From Rotaria socialis (Eukaryota), in assembly GCA_905331295.1 (NCBI GenBank), contig CAJNYD010000529.1, positions 1-64,000 of the forward strand: 64,000 bases of DNA. The letters are read 5' to 3'. The position numbers and the translations under genes are program-made. Positions 24,505 through 37,021 of this stretch are shown here, piece after piece. The notes beneath the pieces were generated by a model. The model did not search any database and was not told where the DNA came from. It saw only the letters and a list, made by a program, of their open reading frames with translations. Position 1 is the first letter of the stretch. Each line of letters begins with the position of its first letter.

Positions 24505-25560
24505 AAAAAATTTACAAGTGAAAAGGGAAAAGCTATGCTTGGTTATGAAGGTTATATTTATACTTTAGAACAAAAAAATGATGTTAAATTGATTTTTCGT
24601 TGTCAAAACAGAGATTGCAAAGGTAAAAAAAAACTAATTAATTATTTGTACTTTATTTTTATCTTCTTTTAGGTCGTTGTCATACCAACACCAATTCGGC
24701 TATGGATGTAATTGTTTCTACTCCTACTGAGCACTGCCACGCGTCAAAACCAGATCTGGTTCCAGCACTGAAACTAAAAAATAAAATAAAACCATGAGCT
24801 GCTGAAACCAAAGAATTATCAAGCACAATTTTACATTCTACAATGAGATCTTTTCCTTTAGATGCAGCCGATCAACTACCTCAAAGTGAAACACTTTTGA
24901 GAACTATTCATCAACCACCCCAGGTCAATGATTCCGGAGGACGGATACTGTAGGAACCGGCCGGAAAGATGCGGAAAAATCACCGTATCTGGCCGGAAAG
25001 CATGGGAAAGCACTGGAAACTGGAAGCAGTATTCCAGTTGGAAGTTACCGGATTTTTTTCCTGTGGATTCCGGTCAGTTTCCTGTGTTTTCCGGTCAGTT
25101 TTCTGTGTTTTACATCTGGAAGTTGATCGGAATCTACAGGAAGAAAATCCGGTAANAATACGGCTCCCTGTTCCCTGCGCTTCCCGGTGCTTTCGGGCCG
25201 TTTCCCGCCGTACGTCCACGACCTGGGACGTCAAGGGCACCCAACGAATTCCAACAATCAACTGCCTGATAATTTAAAACAAACAGACCGTGGAGAGAAC
25301 TTCGTACTTCACGAAGATGAGAAATTGATCATTTTTACAACCGCGGTGCATCTCTTAGTATTGAAAACGTGTAAACATTGGTTTGCCGATGGAACATTTA
25401 AGGCAAAATAAAAGCAAAGACTTTCAATTTACTCATTAAACGTCTATTTTAGGTGTGTCCAAAAGATTTCTATCAAATGTTTACGTTACATAGATTGTTC
25501 AAACCACAAATTATTCCATTGGTTTATGGTTTACTCGTAGGGAAAAGAACAACGGACTAT
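24505..25560 (+). pseudogene. FLYWCH-MULE (Mutator-like) transposase relic with introns, interrupted by a MITE, 3'-truncated
   Basis: Spliced translation TSEKGKAMLGYEGYIY...FRCQNRDCK/GRCHT...EHCH (FLYWCH-like) and HWFADGTFK/VCPKDFYQMFTLH...IPLVYGLL (MULE first catalytic Asp region). In-frame TGA near 24795. Introns 24623-24672 and 25403-25452. Confidence 0.85.
24919..25227. mobile_element. GC-rich MITE with CCCAGG...CCTGGG termini (copy 2)
   Basis: CCCAGGTCAATG...CACGACCTGGG with AC on both flanks; the MULE protein sequence resumes after it. Confidence 0.8.
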
Positions 25561-25561
25561 A

Positions 25562-26680
25562 TGAAAAAGGCATCGGCATGGAATTCTTAGCATTGATTGC
25601 AACGATAACCAGCATTTGCTGCTGTTTCATAGTATCATTTATAGTCAATTGGAAATTAACTATGGTTATGTATGTGTGATACCATTGGCCATTGGTAGTT
25701 CACTTGTGTTTTCTAAGGTATAAATTATTGTTTGCTCAATAAAATCTTTATGTATTATCATAGCTCACGGCCAATGAAACAGTTTATGAATTAAAGACGT
25801 ACGCCAAAACGGGACAAATCGTTCAAGAATTTTTTAGTTCATTGCGAACTGTTCTTTCAACGGTGCCAAATTTGAGCAGAAACGGTAAACGAATACATGA
25901 AAATGAATATTCTCAAATAACATCGTTCATGAACTTAGATATGACAAAGAATTGGCTCCGACTCGTTCGGGTGGCATACGTCAAGGCGCCTTATTCGGTG
26001 TTTTTATTGGATGGCTGTCTCTTATAACCTTTATAGTTTGTGCGACTGATTTTATTTCTGGCTCATTTCTAATGACAAAAAAGAATCAGTCCACTTTCAC
26101 AATTAGTGATATTCTTATTGTGAGCAATTCACTCAATTATTCAATAGTGAATAAATGTGCAGTTCATATTATTAATATAGGTCGCCTCCATCTTTTCGCA
26201 ATCTATAGGTCTCATCAGTTTTGTTGGTTCTTTTGTTCAAGGGCTTTCAGAAGCGCGAGGTGCAGCAGTATCAGTGTTTCGACTTATTGACGAAGTAGTT
26301 ACGAACATATCGAAATCTCAATTTTATTTATTTTTCTTTAAATAAGGAAAAAGATGAAAGTATCAACGAAGCAGAAGTTTGGGAAGATATCACAGAATCG
26401 CGTTCTAATATCAATGGTGATATTAAATTTAACAATGTCAACTTTCATTATCCGTCTCGAAGAGATGCACCAGTTCTATGTAATCTCTCTGTCGTTGCTC
26501 GTGCTGGACAGACAACAGCTCTCGTTGGTTTCAGTGGATGCGGTAAGCTTTCTTCAAAACAACAAGCAGCTTGCTAAACTGATCTAAACTATGTTCACGA
26601 TTATTTTCATAGGAAAAAGTACATGCATATCACTTTTTCTTCGTTACTATGAACCTTCATCTGGTGAAATTACGATCGAA
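25562..26680 (+). pseudogene. ABCB1: ABCB1/P-glycoprotein-like pseudogene, part 1 (TMD1 remainder and NBD1 start)
   Basis: EKGIG...NWKLT, SLRTV, GIRQGALFG, ARGAAVSVFRLIDE, GDIKFNNVNFHYPSR, Walker A GFSGCG/KST, RYYEPSSGEITI. 5'-truncated with frame disruptions. Confidence 0.85.
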
Positions 26681-27708
26681 CAGTAACCGAACGCCTAGAT
26701 ATTAAAAAAATCAACACATACTGATGCATACTATGGATCACTCACCTCAACTACGTTAGCATAGAAAAATGCAAATAATGGCTGAGATGCTCCACTAAAT
26801 AAACATGCCGCACAACCAATGAATACGGTTTTCCATTCAGATCCATTCATTGATAACAGTCTTAACAGAACAAATCTTTGTATGAATGATTTTGAGCTTT
26901 TATAAATCATGAATGATCAATATTGATTGTTATTAGAATGTCACAAATATGTGTACCTTTTGCACATCAACAATAACTTGTGAATCGCTAATTAAACGAG
27001 ATCGTTCAGCTGCATAAGAGAAAATACAGAAGATATTAAATTCAATTAGTATTATAATATACACATGCCTATCGCCTCTTCTTCTTCCTCTTTTGCTTTT
27101 TGCATTTTGATTGGATCATCTTGATCATCATCAATTTTCTCCATTTGTTGTCGTTTGACCAACTCTTGATATTTTCCTCCTTCGTTCCCCATCAATGTGT
27201 CATGTGTACCTTGCTCAATCACATTTCCCTTGTCAAACACATATATTTGATCAGCATTTCGAATCGTAGTCAAACGATGAGCAATAACAATAGTTGTACG
27301 ACCTATATATTCATAATGATATGGTATCTATTCAAGAAACAGAAGAAAAAAACGAGCTCTACCTTTGCATGCTCGATCGAGTGCTTCTTGAACAATTTTT
27401 TCATTATTATTATCGAGTGCACTTGTTGCTTCATCCAATAAAAGAAACGTAGGCTTTTTTACAAGAGCTCGAGCTAATGCAATGCGTTGTTTTTCACCAC
27501 CACTTAACTGGATACCACGTTCTCCAACGAGTGTTTCATATTTCTAAATAAGATATCATAAAATAAACATACGTGCATAGATAGAGATAACTATTAAATG
27601 CAAACATCTGGTAATTGCATGATGAAATTATGTGCATTTGCTTCTCTTGCTGCTTCTTCAATTTCATCTTGTGTTGCATTTAATTTACCAAAACGAATAT
27701 TTTCATAG
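26680..27708 (-). pseudogene. ABCB1: ABCB1-like pseudogene, part 2 (rest of NBD1, linker, TMD2 start), inverted
   Basis: Minus strand: [55 protein letters not shown], linker, then EWKTVFIGCAACLFSGASQPLFA. Confidence 0.9.
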
Positions 27709-28118
27709 NNNNNNNNNNNNNNNNNNNNNNNNNNNNNNNNNNNNNNNNNNNNNNNNNNNNNNNNNNNNNNNNNNNNNNNNNNNNNNNNNNNNNNNNNNNN
27801 NNNNNNNNNNNNNNNNNNNNNNNNNNNNNNNNNNNNNNNNNNNNNNNNNNNNNNNNNNNNNNNNNNNNNNNNNNNNNNNNNNNNNNNNNNNNNNNNNNNN
27901 NNNNNNNNNNNNNNNNNNNNNNNNNNNNNNNNNNNNNNNNNNNNNNNNNNNNNNNNNNNNNNNNNNNNNNNNNNNNNNNNNNNNNNNNNNNNNNNNNNNN
28001 NNNNNNNNNNNNNNNNNNNNNNNNNNNNNNNNNNNNNNNNNNNNNNNNNNNNNNNNNNNNNNNNNNNNNNNNNNNNNNNNNNNNNNNNNNNNNNNNNNNN
28101 NNNNNNNNNNNNNNNNNN
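27709..28118. other. Assembly gap (410 N)
   Basis: Run of N. Confidence 1.
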
Positions 28119-28125
28119 GATCTAG

Positions 28126-28790
28126 CTTCTTGATGGTGTCGATATTCGACAGCTAAATATTCATTGGGTGCGCTCTCAATTCGGCCTTGTTAGTCAAGAA
28201 CCAATTTTATTTGATTTAACAATTGCTGAAAACATAGCATATGGCTTAGAAGATGTTTCGATGACTGACATTATTGATGCAGCAAAAAAAGCTAACATTC
28301 ATCAATTTATTGAACAATTACCTGACGTAAAATACTAATAAGTTATGTAGTGCACCGTTTATTGTTGTGTGATATTTGTTTTAGGGCTATGAAACCAAAG
28401 TAGGAATCAAAGGTAGTTTTCTATCAGGTGGCGAGAAGCAACGTATTGCTATTGCTCGAGTTCTTATTCGTCGTCCTAAAGTATTGCTACTAGATGAAGC
28501 TACAAGTGCTATGGATTCACAAAATGAACAAGTAATTTTCCTACGCACCGATCGTTGTTTCATCTTCATTTGTCATTGATAGATCGTACAAGAAGCTCTT
28601 GAACATGCTCAAATAGAAGATCCTAGTCGAACATCACTGATTATTGCTCATCGTCTCTCGACTATTCGTTCATGTGATTCAATATATGTAGTTAATAAGG
28701 GAAAATTAATCGAAAGTGGCACTCATACAGAATTGATTCAATGACGCCGTACCTATTAGAGAATGCTGACTCAAAACCATCAAAAATAAT
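28126..28790 (+). pseudogene. ABCB1: ABCB1-like pseudogene, part 3 (NBD2)
   Basis: [63 protein letters not shown]; early stops near 28742 and 28757. Confidence 0.9.
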
Positions 28791-29369
28791 TATTAGTAAA
28801 CTATTGAGATAATAAAAAAATGCATATATTTTAAGCGTTTCAAGGCACTCTTTCTAAAAAAATTACGATAGGTAATAAAGTGGCAACGGTTCAGTTAACG
28901 TCTACTTTTTACTGTTAATGAAAAGCTCACTGCTTTGTACAATAGCAGTATATTTCTTGAGTCATTTTTAATTTATCAACCCTATCGGCACAAATTTATT
29001 ACGATCCTAATCATGAATGTGATGATAAACGATTATTTGGGATGGTGAAATTGGTTCTACATTCAAGACACAAAACATGCTAGTCCACATCCACATTGTG
29101 ATGTGGGGTATTGTATAGTTTTGCTGTAAAACATTTTCCCGTTAGTTTTGTAGCGAAGAGGAGGAATGTTTTAATCACAGTTGAATCGAAAAGTCTTCAA
29201 GAAATATGTTGAAATAAAGTGATTGTACGTGCATAACAGCAATCATTTTATCTAAAACCCTTAGCCTTATAAGTGTGATTCAAATATTTTCAGTTAATTG
29301 GTGCCATTTTTTTATTATGTCTTTCTGTGCATATCGTCGCGACTCTCAGATGAAGAATGCAAAATATGA

Positions 29370-29831
29370 TCATTGTTGATGCACCTCCCAATTGATGTTG
29401 ACACCATACCGTTGTAATTTCTGAGGACCAACAAATTTGAGAATGTAAAGATAGTCAGCATCCGAATATTGAACGAGAGTATCATCTGAAGTGGTCACAT
29501 CCGTCTCTTGATTCTTGTAGATGCGAAAAATATTATTGACACCAGCGCGAACTTCATGATTCTCTAGATATAGAATGGATGGCTTCTTCTCTACGGTGAA
29601 TGAAGAGACGATGTTGATTGTGAGATTGTGTAGCGGGTACGACCAGAAGAAGCGAACTGAGTCACAGTTCACAAATTTAGTGTCTTTAAGATTGAGTATT
29701 GAATCTTCACATCCATCCGTCATCACAGTAGCAGTGCATTGCGCAAAAGAACTGATGCGAGCCTGGCAAGAATCAGTAGCTTCACTTTTAACGACGATGC
29801 AGAGGTAGGCAATAATAACAGCGAGAAACAT
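29370..29831 (-). CDS. Small putative secreted protein of unknown family, 153 aa, single exon
   Basis: ATG at 29831, signal-peptide-like MFLAVIIAYLCIVVKSEA, four Cys in the mature N-terminal part, beta-rich-looking remainder. Confidence 0.65.
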   Translation of the reverse strand: MFLAVIIAYLCIVVKSEATDSCQARISSFAQCTATVMTDGCEDSILNLKDTKFVNCDSVRFFWSYPLHNLTINIVSSFTVEKKPSILYLENHEVRAGVNNIFRIYKNQETDVTTSDDTLVQYSDADYLYILKFVGPQKLQRYGVNINWEVHQQ

Positions 29832-31097
29832 GATAATGGCTGATATCACCGTTTGCGAATGAATGAATGAATGAATGATATAATGCAAGGATAGAATCCT
29901 TTAAGAGTAAAATAAAGAAGTGCATCCAGATGGACATAATCACACAGTGATTCAGACAATTGTGATCCCATTACATTTTGAGTGCAACTTCAAAAGTATA
30001 GTCATGCTGACAGAACAGCTTTAATTCATCGAATAAGAAGTGAAACCAAAAGAGAAATATTCAGAATATCAATAAAGAGGTACTTGAACACAAATGAGAT
30101 TTTATTCACTTTCAGCTGATGAGCTACGTGAAAAAGCATAATTGCGCAAGATGTATCTGTTTTTTTATTCTCCTTTTAAAAATAGGTTTTTTTGGTCAGT
30201 ATTATTTTTAAAAGAATTATATGTAAATGTTAACCCTAATTATTACATCTTTTTTGGCCCATTTTACCTAAAAATGGCTGAAAAATAAAATTCGAAAATA
30301 TTTTCTCCATTTTCCATCAATAATAAAATCGTTCTGATAGGCTCTTTTTTTCATTACCAAAGTTGTGTAGTTTTCTGGAGAGCAACTGATTACGCAGGCG
30401 CATCTTGAATACAGTTATTAAGAGTACCAATATTGAAGCTTGTTCAATCTAAAATATCACCACAATCATATACATTATTGCCGACATTGCCAGTATATTC
30501 ACACCTTCATCGATATTCAATATATGTTCTACAATTCATTTTCGCATGAATGTGTTAGTTTTAAGTTGAGAAAATGAAGTACAGAATAAGCAGATTTCAT
30601 TGTTTATCTATACATAGTTTGGGTGTCAACTAGCTAATGTAGTGGAGAGGCTCTCTTAGAAAACTCAATGAAAATGGTAAATTTCTCTGTAACTGCTGTG
30701 TCATATCGATTGTATCCACGCTAGGATGTTTAGTTTGGCAACTCTGATGCGAATTTTTTCTTAGAAACATGCCGCATGAAACTACCAATAAACACTGTTT
30801 CTTTCAAAAAATAATATATTTGGTTCTGCAATAATTTTCTCTTTTTCTTTAAAAAAAACATACAGATCTGTCGCATCATAAGTCTTTCTTGTGATAAAGA
30901 TATTTTTTATGTGGGATTCTCCCCATCGAATATATTTATTTAGAGAAGAGTAATTTACGATGACAGATAGCTTGTCAGCTGTAAAGCAGAAGTATATATG
31001 ACACTTCATTTTCTTCTCTCCTTACATTTGTGATACAGATTCATCAAAGTAACTATTGCATGAGTTTTCTGAGGAACAACACTAAAGCTAACGGATA

Positions 31098-31557
31098 GGC
31101 CAAAAAGAATTAAAGCGCCAGTATTTTGATTGTTTCTCCTCGTTGTTATACTTGATCGAGTTAATTTTGTACCTGAAGATTTCCCTTTCAATTTTCTACA
31201 AAACAGTTTACTCTAGTGACAAAGTAGGATTTTCTCTAGGTAGAATGTAAGATTCCTTATTTTTTCGATTATTCCATTCCTCTCTAATAATCCAATTCCA
31301 ATGTTCCGTTTCTAAATAAAGTTTTCTGGTCAGAATTCGAACTAGTTGCTGCGAAATAGCGTTTCTCTCAATAATTTGGCTTGAAATATGAACGAAAAAA
31401 CTTGGGAGTTTTCATTTTAAGGTTTGTTTTTTCATTCTGTGATTATATACCATTGAAAACCCTAGAGAAGTCTAACTTTGCTTGTAAAAAATTAATTCAA
31501 TCAAGTGTTAACCCGAGGAGAAAATATGAAAATACTGGTGCTATAGTTATTTTTGAC
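31098..31557. repeat. Degenerate ~75-bp inverted repeat pair, probably part of an old DNA transposon
   Basis: 31098-31172 resembles the reverse complement of 31484-31557 (ccagtatttt...ttctcctcg...acttgat..a.ttaatttt). Confidence 0.5.
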
Positions 31558-31664
31558 TCACTCGTTGCATACAGTTACTTTTCAACAGTGTAAATAAGTT
31601 TTAAAAAAATATTTTCTTCAGACACTATTAATTAATCCTTCGGTACAATTAAAACGCTAAAAAC

Positions 31665-32257
31665 ATGGCTCCAAAAACCATTTCTAACCATCTGTTAGAT
31701 GTGAGCGTCTTGTTAGTTTTTGCCATTGTTCTGGTAGGTAAAAGCATGAGAAGTTAAGATTCAGTCTACTTTGATTCGTCATTATTTATCAGGTCGTGTC
31801 AGCAACAAGTGAACAAGATAAGTGTTTGAAACCTTACGGCGATTCCTGTACAGATTCGACGCCGATGCCAACAAGAGCTGAAGGTTTAGGAGTTTATTAT
31901 GAAGAACCATGCTACGGAGTCGGATGTGGATTCTTTCGACCTTACTGCCGTCTTTGTTGGATTGATCCAAAAGCACCTGGTAGAATGGATCGTCCACAAT
32001 GTCCGCAATGTGTTATTGATCGAGAACGGAGAACAGACACTCAAGATCTACGATGTAAACTGCCTCCTGGAAACTCTTGTACCAGCGGGACGCCGAAAAA
32101 CACGAAAAAGGAAGGTTTAGGAGTTTATTATGAAAACCCATGCCATGGAGCCGGATGTGGATTCTTTCAACCTTACTGCCGTCTTTGTTGGATTGATCCA
32201 AAAGCACCTGGTAGAATGGATCGCCCACAGTGTCCAAAATGTGTAGCTAGCTTTTAA
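31665..32257 (+). CDS. Putative secreted protein with two tandem 8-Cys modules (~177 aa, 2 exons)
   Basis: Exon 31665-31733 (MAPKTISNHLLDVSVLLVFAIVL), 59-nt intron, exon 31793-32257 (VVSA-TSEQDKC...). Two repeats of C-x7-C-x11-GLGVYYExPCxGxGCGFFxPYCRLCWIDPKAPGRMDRPQCPxC. The start codon is less certain than the rest. Confidence 0.8.
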
Positions 32258-32894
32258 TGTCATGCTATTAAAGTTCAAATTTATTTCCCCTATGTAGCCC
32301 GTGACCTTATCAAACCTTTTTTTCTAAGGTACTTTACACATCACTGTTCCTTTTTAGTAGTACAAAAAATAAATTATGTATAATATAATGTGCGCGTGTG
32401 TAATACAGAGATAGTGAGAAAAAGAAAGCAATGGAAAACTGTCACAGACACCTTGTTTACATTATTTTTGGCTTCCTCCTACGATGGAGAGATGTAATTA
32501 AATTCACATTTATCCGTGAACATTTTGGTATGAAGAAACAAAAAATGCATATATAATAGAAGTATATTTTGTTACGTTTATAATATCTTTAACATCGTTT
32601 TGACGCATTTTTTCCCTTAAAACCTTTTCTCAAGCCCGGTTAGTTATCTGTTCAGTAAAAGTTTAAAAAAAATAGCGAGTTAATCCCGTAATTTTGAAAT
32701 TCTATCGTTCGTTGTGTTGATATTCTACTTTGCAAGTAAATGCAGTGAAATTATAAGGCAATCTCGTGCATCATCTATATTCTTTTATATTTCTCTTTGA
32801 AGACAGTTTTTTTCCTAGAGCAAATTGTACGATACGTTGCTTGTTTATCACAAAACTTCGTAAAAAGTCGTCTGATTTTTTTAATGTCAAAGCG

Positions 32895-33140
32895 TGTAAG
32901 ACTTCTTTTCTTATCGGTTGACTATTGTACCCCTTTATTGAAGAAAACACTCCATCATCTATATTGTATGAAAACTCAGACAGAGAGATAGTTAGTACAA
33001 GAGAGAAAAGGAGATAGAGAGAGTTAGTACACCGAACGATATATGTTCCTTTGACCTGTGACAAGAGACATGAAGATAAAACTGCATAGAAGAAGAATAA
33101 AAGTGATGATATGATCTCACGAAAGATGAAGATTATAACA
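32895..33140 (-). repeat. 3' LTR (246 bp), preceded on the minus strand by polypurine tract GGGAGAGG
   Basis: Direct repeat of 38322-38561; cctctccc at 33141-33148. Confidence 0.95.
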
Positions 33141-33412
33141 CCTCTCCCGTACAAAAAAAACGGTGCGCGCCCCGTGCATCGAACAATGATCAGTATAAAT
33201 AAGATAAAATGAAAACTTTTTTGTTTTTGTATTATAAGGTACTTCTTGTGATCTGTTAAAATTGAGAATTTGAGTTGCCACACCTCAATTTGATAATGAT
33301 AAGACGTTGCCACGTCGTCTTCGATCACTGTTGATAATCGTGATAAAATATGATTGTATCAGTTTGAATACTTTGTAATTAGACGACTCGTTCCATAACC
33401 CGTTGTAGTTGA

Positions 33413-36400
33413 CTAATATGAGCTCATGTAAATTTTCGTTTCATTATTTTGAACAAAATAATTTTGTTCACCTGTCTTATTGATCATTTGACAAGGTCTT
33501 ATCCGCCGTTCATCTAATTTTGTACGATTAGCACATACCTTCAGAAATACTAAGTCACCAATAGAATAAGACAAATCTTTGCGATGTTTGCCATATCGCA
33601 GTTTTGTTAATTGTTGTTGATGACGCATGTTTTCTTGAGCTTGTTTAAGAATTGTTCGTCGTGTTTTTTGTAAATATTTGAAAAATGTATGCGGTCGAGT
33701 TAAAGTGAAGTTGCTCGAGTTAGAATCAAATGAACTCTTTTGTCGTCGACCAAATGCAAGTTCATACGAAATAAAGCCAGTTGTAGCATGGATGCCTGTA
33801 TTGTAGACATAAACTACGGACTGAAGATAATCATCCCAGCCATCTTCGTTCTCATCATAATACTTTCCCAGCTGTGTACAAAACGTAGCATTAAAGTGCT
33901 CGACTTGGCCATTCGTTTGCGGATGATACGAAGCTGAAAATGAATGAGTAGTTTTTATCATTGTGGTAATTGTCTTCATTAATGTGTGGTTAAAATGTAC
34001 TCCGTTATCTGTAATAAGTCGTTCAGGTGCACCATGTATCATAATGAATTCGTTCATAATGAATTCAGCAGTAGCCTTAGCAGTATTATTTGAGATCGCT
34101 TTTGCTATCACGTACTTTGATAAATTGTCCGTAAGCACTATCACATATCGATTCCCCTGTGACGATGTGCGAACAGGACCCCAGAAATTCATATTTAATA
34201 CTTGAAATACATCTGTTGGTGGATCAAACGATTTAAGATGATCTGGTGTTTTGCTTTGTACGATATTGAATTTCCTGCATTTTTGACATGATGCGATGTA
34301 ATGTTCAATTGATTTGCGTATAATCAGGCCACTAAAATCGAGTATGAATTTTATGTAAAGTGCGTTGCACTCCGAAATACCCACTCAATGGATGATAATG
34401 AAATGCTTCTAATAGTGTGCTTAGCATTGACACAGGTAAATAAGGAAACGTGCTCTTGGTACTATCGTTTTTCTTGGTGATAAGACGAAATAAGATGTTG
34501 CTGTACAGTACATAGTTATCCATTTTCTGTTGGGCATGAATACGTGAAATAATAAGTTGAATATCAATATCATGATTTGTTCACTTTTGATCTTTTCCAA
34601 AGAAAAGTCTAAAATTGAGGTAGATTTAAGTAGAGGTGTTGATGTTTTCGGGTGATCTTCGGTCACGGTTGGTAATGACGAAGCACTTGTAGTTGCTTGT
34701 TTTGTTATAGATCGAGTGATGGCAGAAAGTGACTGTTGCTGATTGTCACTATCAATTGTTTCATATCGAGTAAGATAACCAGGACCGATATTGTCAATAC
34801 CACGCCTATACTTTATTTCAATAATTTGTGGTATTAAATCTTGTAAATATATCAACCAATTGTCAATTCTTTTGTTACCATAGTTTCGCTTCTTATGCAT
34901 ATTGACCAATGGCTTGTGATCTATTCCGATGGTGATTTCAGAATCTCCAATATAATTTCTCAATTTAGTAAGACACCAATAGATCGCTAAAGCTTCTTGT
35001 TCTGTGGTTGAATACCTACTTTAAATGTCATTCAGTAATCTGGATTTGCAGTAGCAAATCCTCAATCCATCAGTTGTATCTTGCTTGAGTACATCAGCAA
35101 TTCTTAGATCACTTGCATCTGTAGATAAGATAAATGGTACTGATCGGTTTGGAAAATCGAGGAATAGTGGTGCACTTGTCAGTATTGATTTAAATTTGTC
35201 GAAGGCATCTTGTTGTTGTTGTTCCCAACGAAATTCATTTCTTTTTGTTCTTGTCTTGTTAGTAACCTTGTGAATGGGTGCAGCAATTTTTGCGAAGTCT
35301 GGAATAAATTTACGATAATATCCAATTTTACCTATAAACTTGTTGGCTTGTGAAAGCGTTTTTGGCGGAGCAATATTAACAATTGCTTTGATCTTGTCTA
35401 ATGATGGTTCCAATTTGTCAGATGTAACAAAGTGACTTAAAAATTCGATCTTTTTGACGGCAATTGAGCATTTTGCTGGTGATACTTGCAAGTTGGCCTT
35501 GTGAAGTGTTGAGATAACGTCGGCCACGTGTTGTTTGTGTTCTTCGATTGTTTTCGAAAAAATCACAATATCATCAAGATAGACAACCACATAGTCCCAT
35601 CGTCCATTGGCCAATAATTCATTCATCACCCTTTGGAATGTTGGTGGAGCATTCATAAGACCTTGAGCAAGTACCGTAAATTCATAGAGGCCGTCTTGAG
35701 TGATTATAGCCGTCTTGGGTATATCGGATTTGTGTATTGGTATTTGGAAGTAACCGGACTTTAAATCTAATTTGGTGAAGTATTGATGCCCAGCCAAACG
35801 ATGAAGTAACTCTTCAGCTGATGGTTGAGGGTATGAGTCCTTTTTTGTGATTGAATTCAGTCGGCGGAAGTCAACCAGAAATCTATACGTACCATCCGGT
35901 TCCCTCTTTAATAACACTGGTGACGACCATGGCGAGTTTGACGGTCGAAGAATTCCTTGATCAAGTAACATTCCTACTTCCTGTTGAACTTCCTTTCTTT
36001 GTTGTACTGTCTTATAATATGGTCGAACACTTGTTGGTAGGTGATCACCAGTGTTGATTGTATGATGAATCTTGGTTTTTGCTCTGGTCATTTTTGAGTT
36101 GTCAAATGAACGTTCATTTTGTCGAAGGATGTTAGGAAAATCATTGCGATTGTATTTGTCACCAATGTGCATCACTAATTCTTGAAGAGTATTTTCGAGT
36201 AATGATAATTTTAATGATTCTTGTTGTTCATTTGTTTGTATTGAATTCAGTTGAGTACTTTGTTCTGTCATACTTGATTGCTTATCTGTGTTTAATATGC
36301 TATACATCATTTCATCATTTGACTGATAGTGTATTGATCCAAGTTTTTTAGTACTAGCTAGTTTGTAGATATTTTTGTTAGGATTATAAATGCAAACATA

Positions 36401-37021
36401 AAATGAGAAATCTTTAATTTCAACAAAAGCATCAGATACTTGAACATTTAACTTAGCACATTTTTTAATATCTGGTAAAAAAGAAACAAGATTAGCAGAT
36501 GAAATCGGTACATAAATTTTGACTATATGCTCATGATGTGGTAATAAAGTGATGCATTCAGCGAGACGGACATCGGCTGACCCTGAGTTCAAGAAAGGTG
36601 TTATCGTAATTCCGTATTTTGGATGATTTATTTCGACTTGTTTTTTACCGATATTCACGTTCACATTATTTGATTTGCACCAGTCCATACCAAGAATTAA
36701 ATTTGCACCTAATGAATCGACAATCAGAGCTGTAATGATGGTAGCAATATCATTGATAGTAATAGTTAATTCAACTGCACCGCTGACTATTATTTTGGTT
36801 TTTCCATCACCAAGTACTGCTGTTGTTTGAATTTGTTGAATTGGTGGATGTGTAATAAGATCAAGTTCAGTTTGTGATATAATTGATGTAGTAGCTCCCG
36901 TATCAAGCATCGCATGAATTAATGTACCATTAACGATTGTTCCAATTATTATAAGTGATGGGTGAGATTGTGGAAAGGAAGTATGACCATCACATACTCC
37001 CCCTAGTAGTTTTTTGAACAA
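33413..37021 (-). pseudogene. pol: Gypsy pol (protease, RT, RNase H, integrase) with a stop and frameshifts
   Basis: LDTGA, YLDD, TDAS, TDNG, PQTNGQVE. In-frame TAA at 35021-35023 inside RNase H; frame shifts near 34550 and 34340. Confidence 0.95.

Noticed and set aside
30175..31688. Possible DNA transposon whose right end overlaps the start of the Cys-repeat gene
   Set aside because: The terminal similarity is weak and low-complexity; kept only as a caveat on the ATG at 31665.
32771..33328. 185-aa ORF as an env-like or extra ORF3 of the Gypsy element
   Set aside because: It runs through the LTR into flanking DNA; the matching ORF at 38309-38683 is the same LTR sequence.
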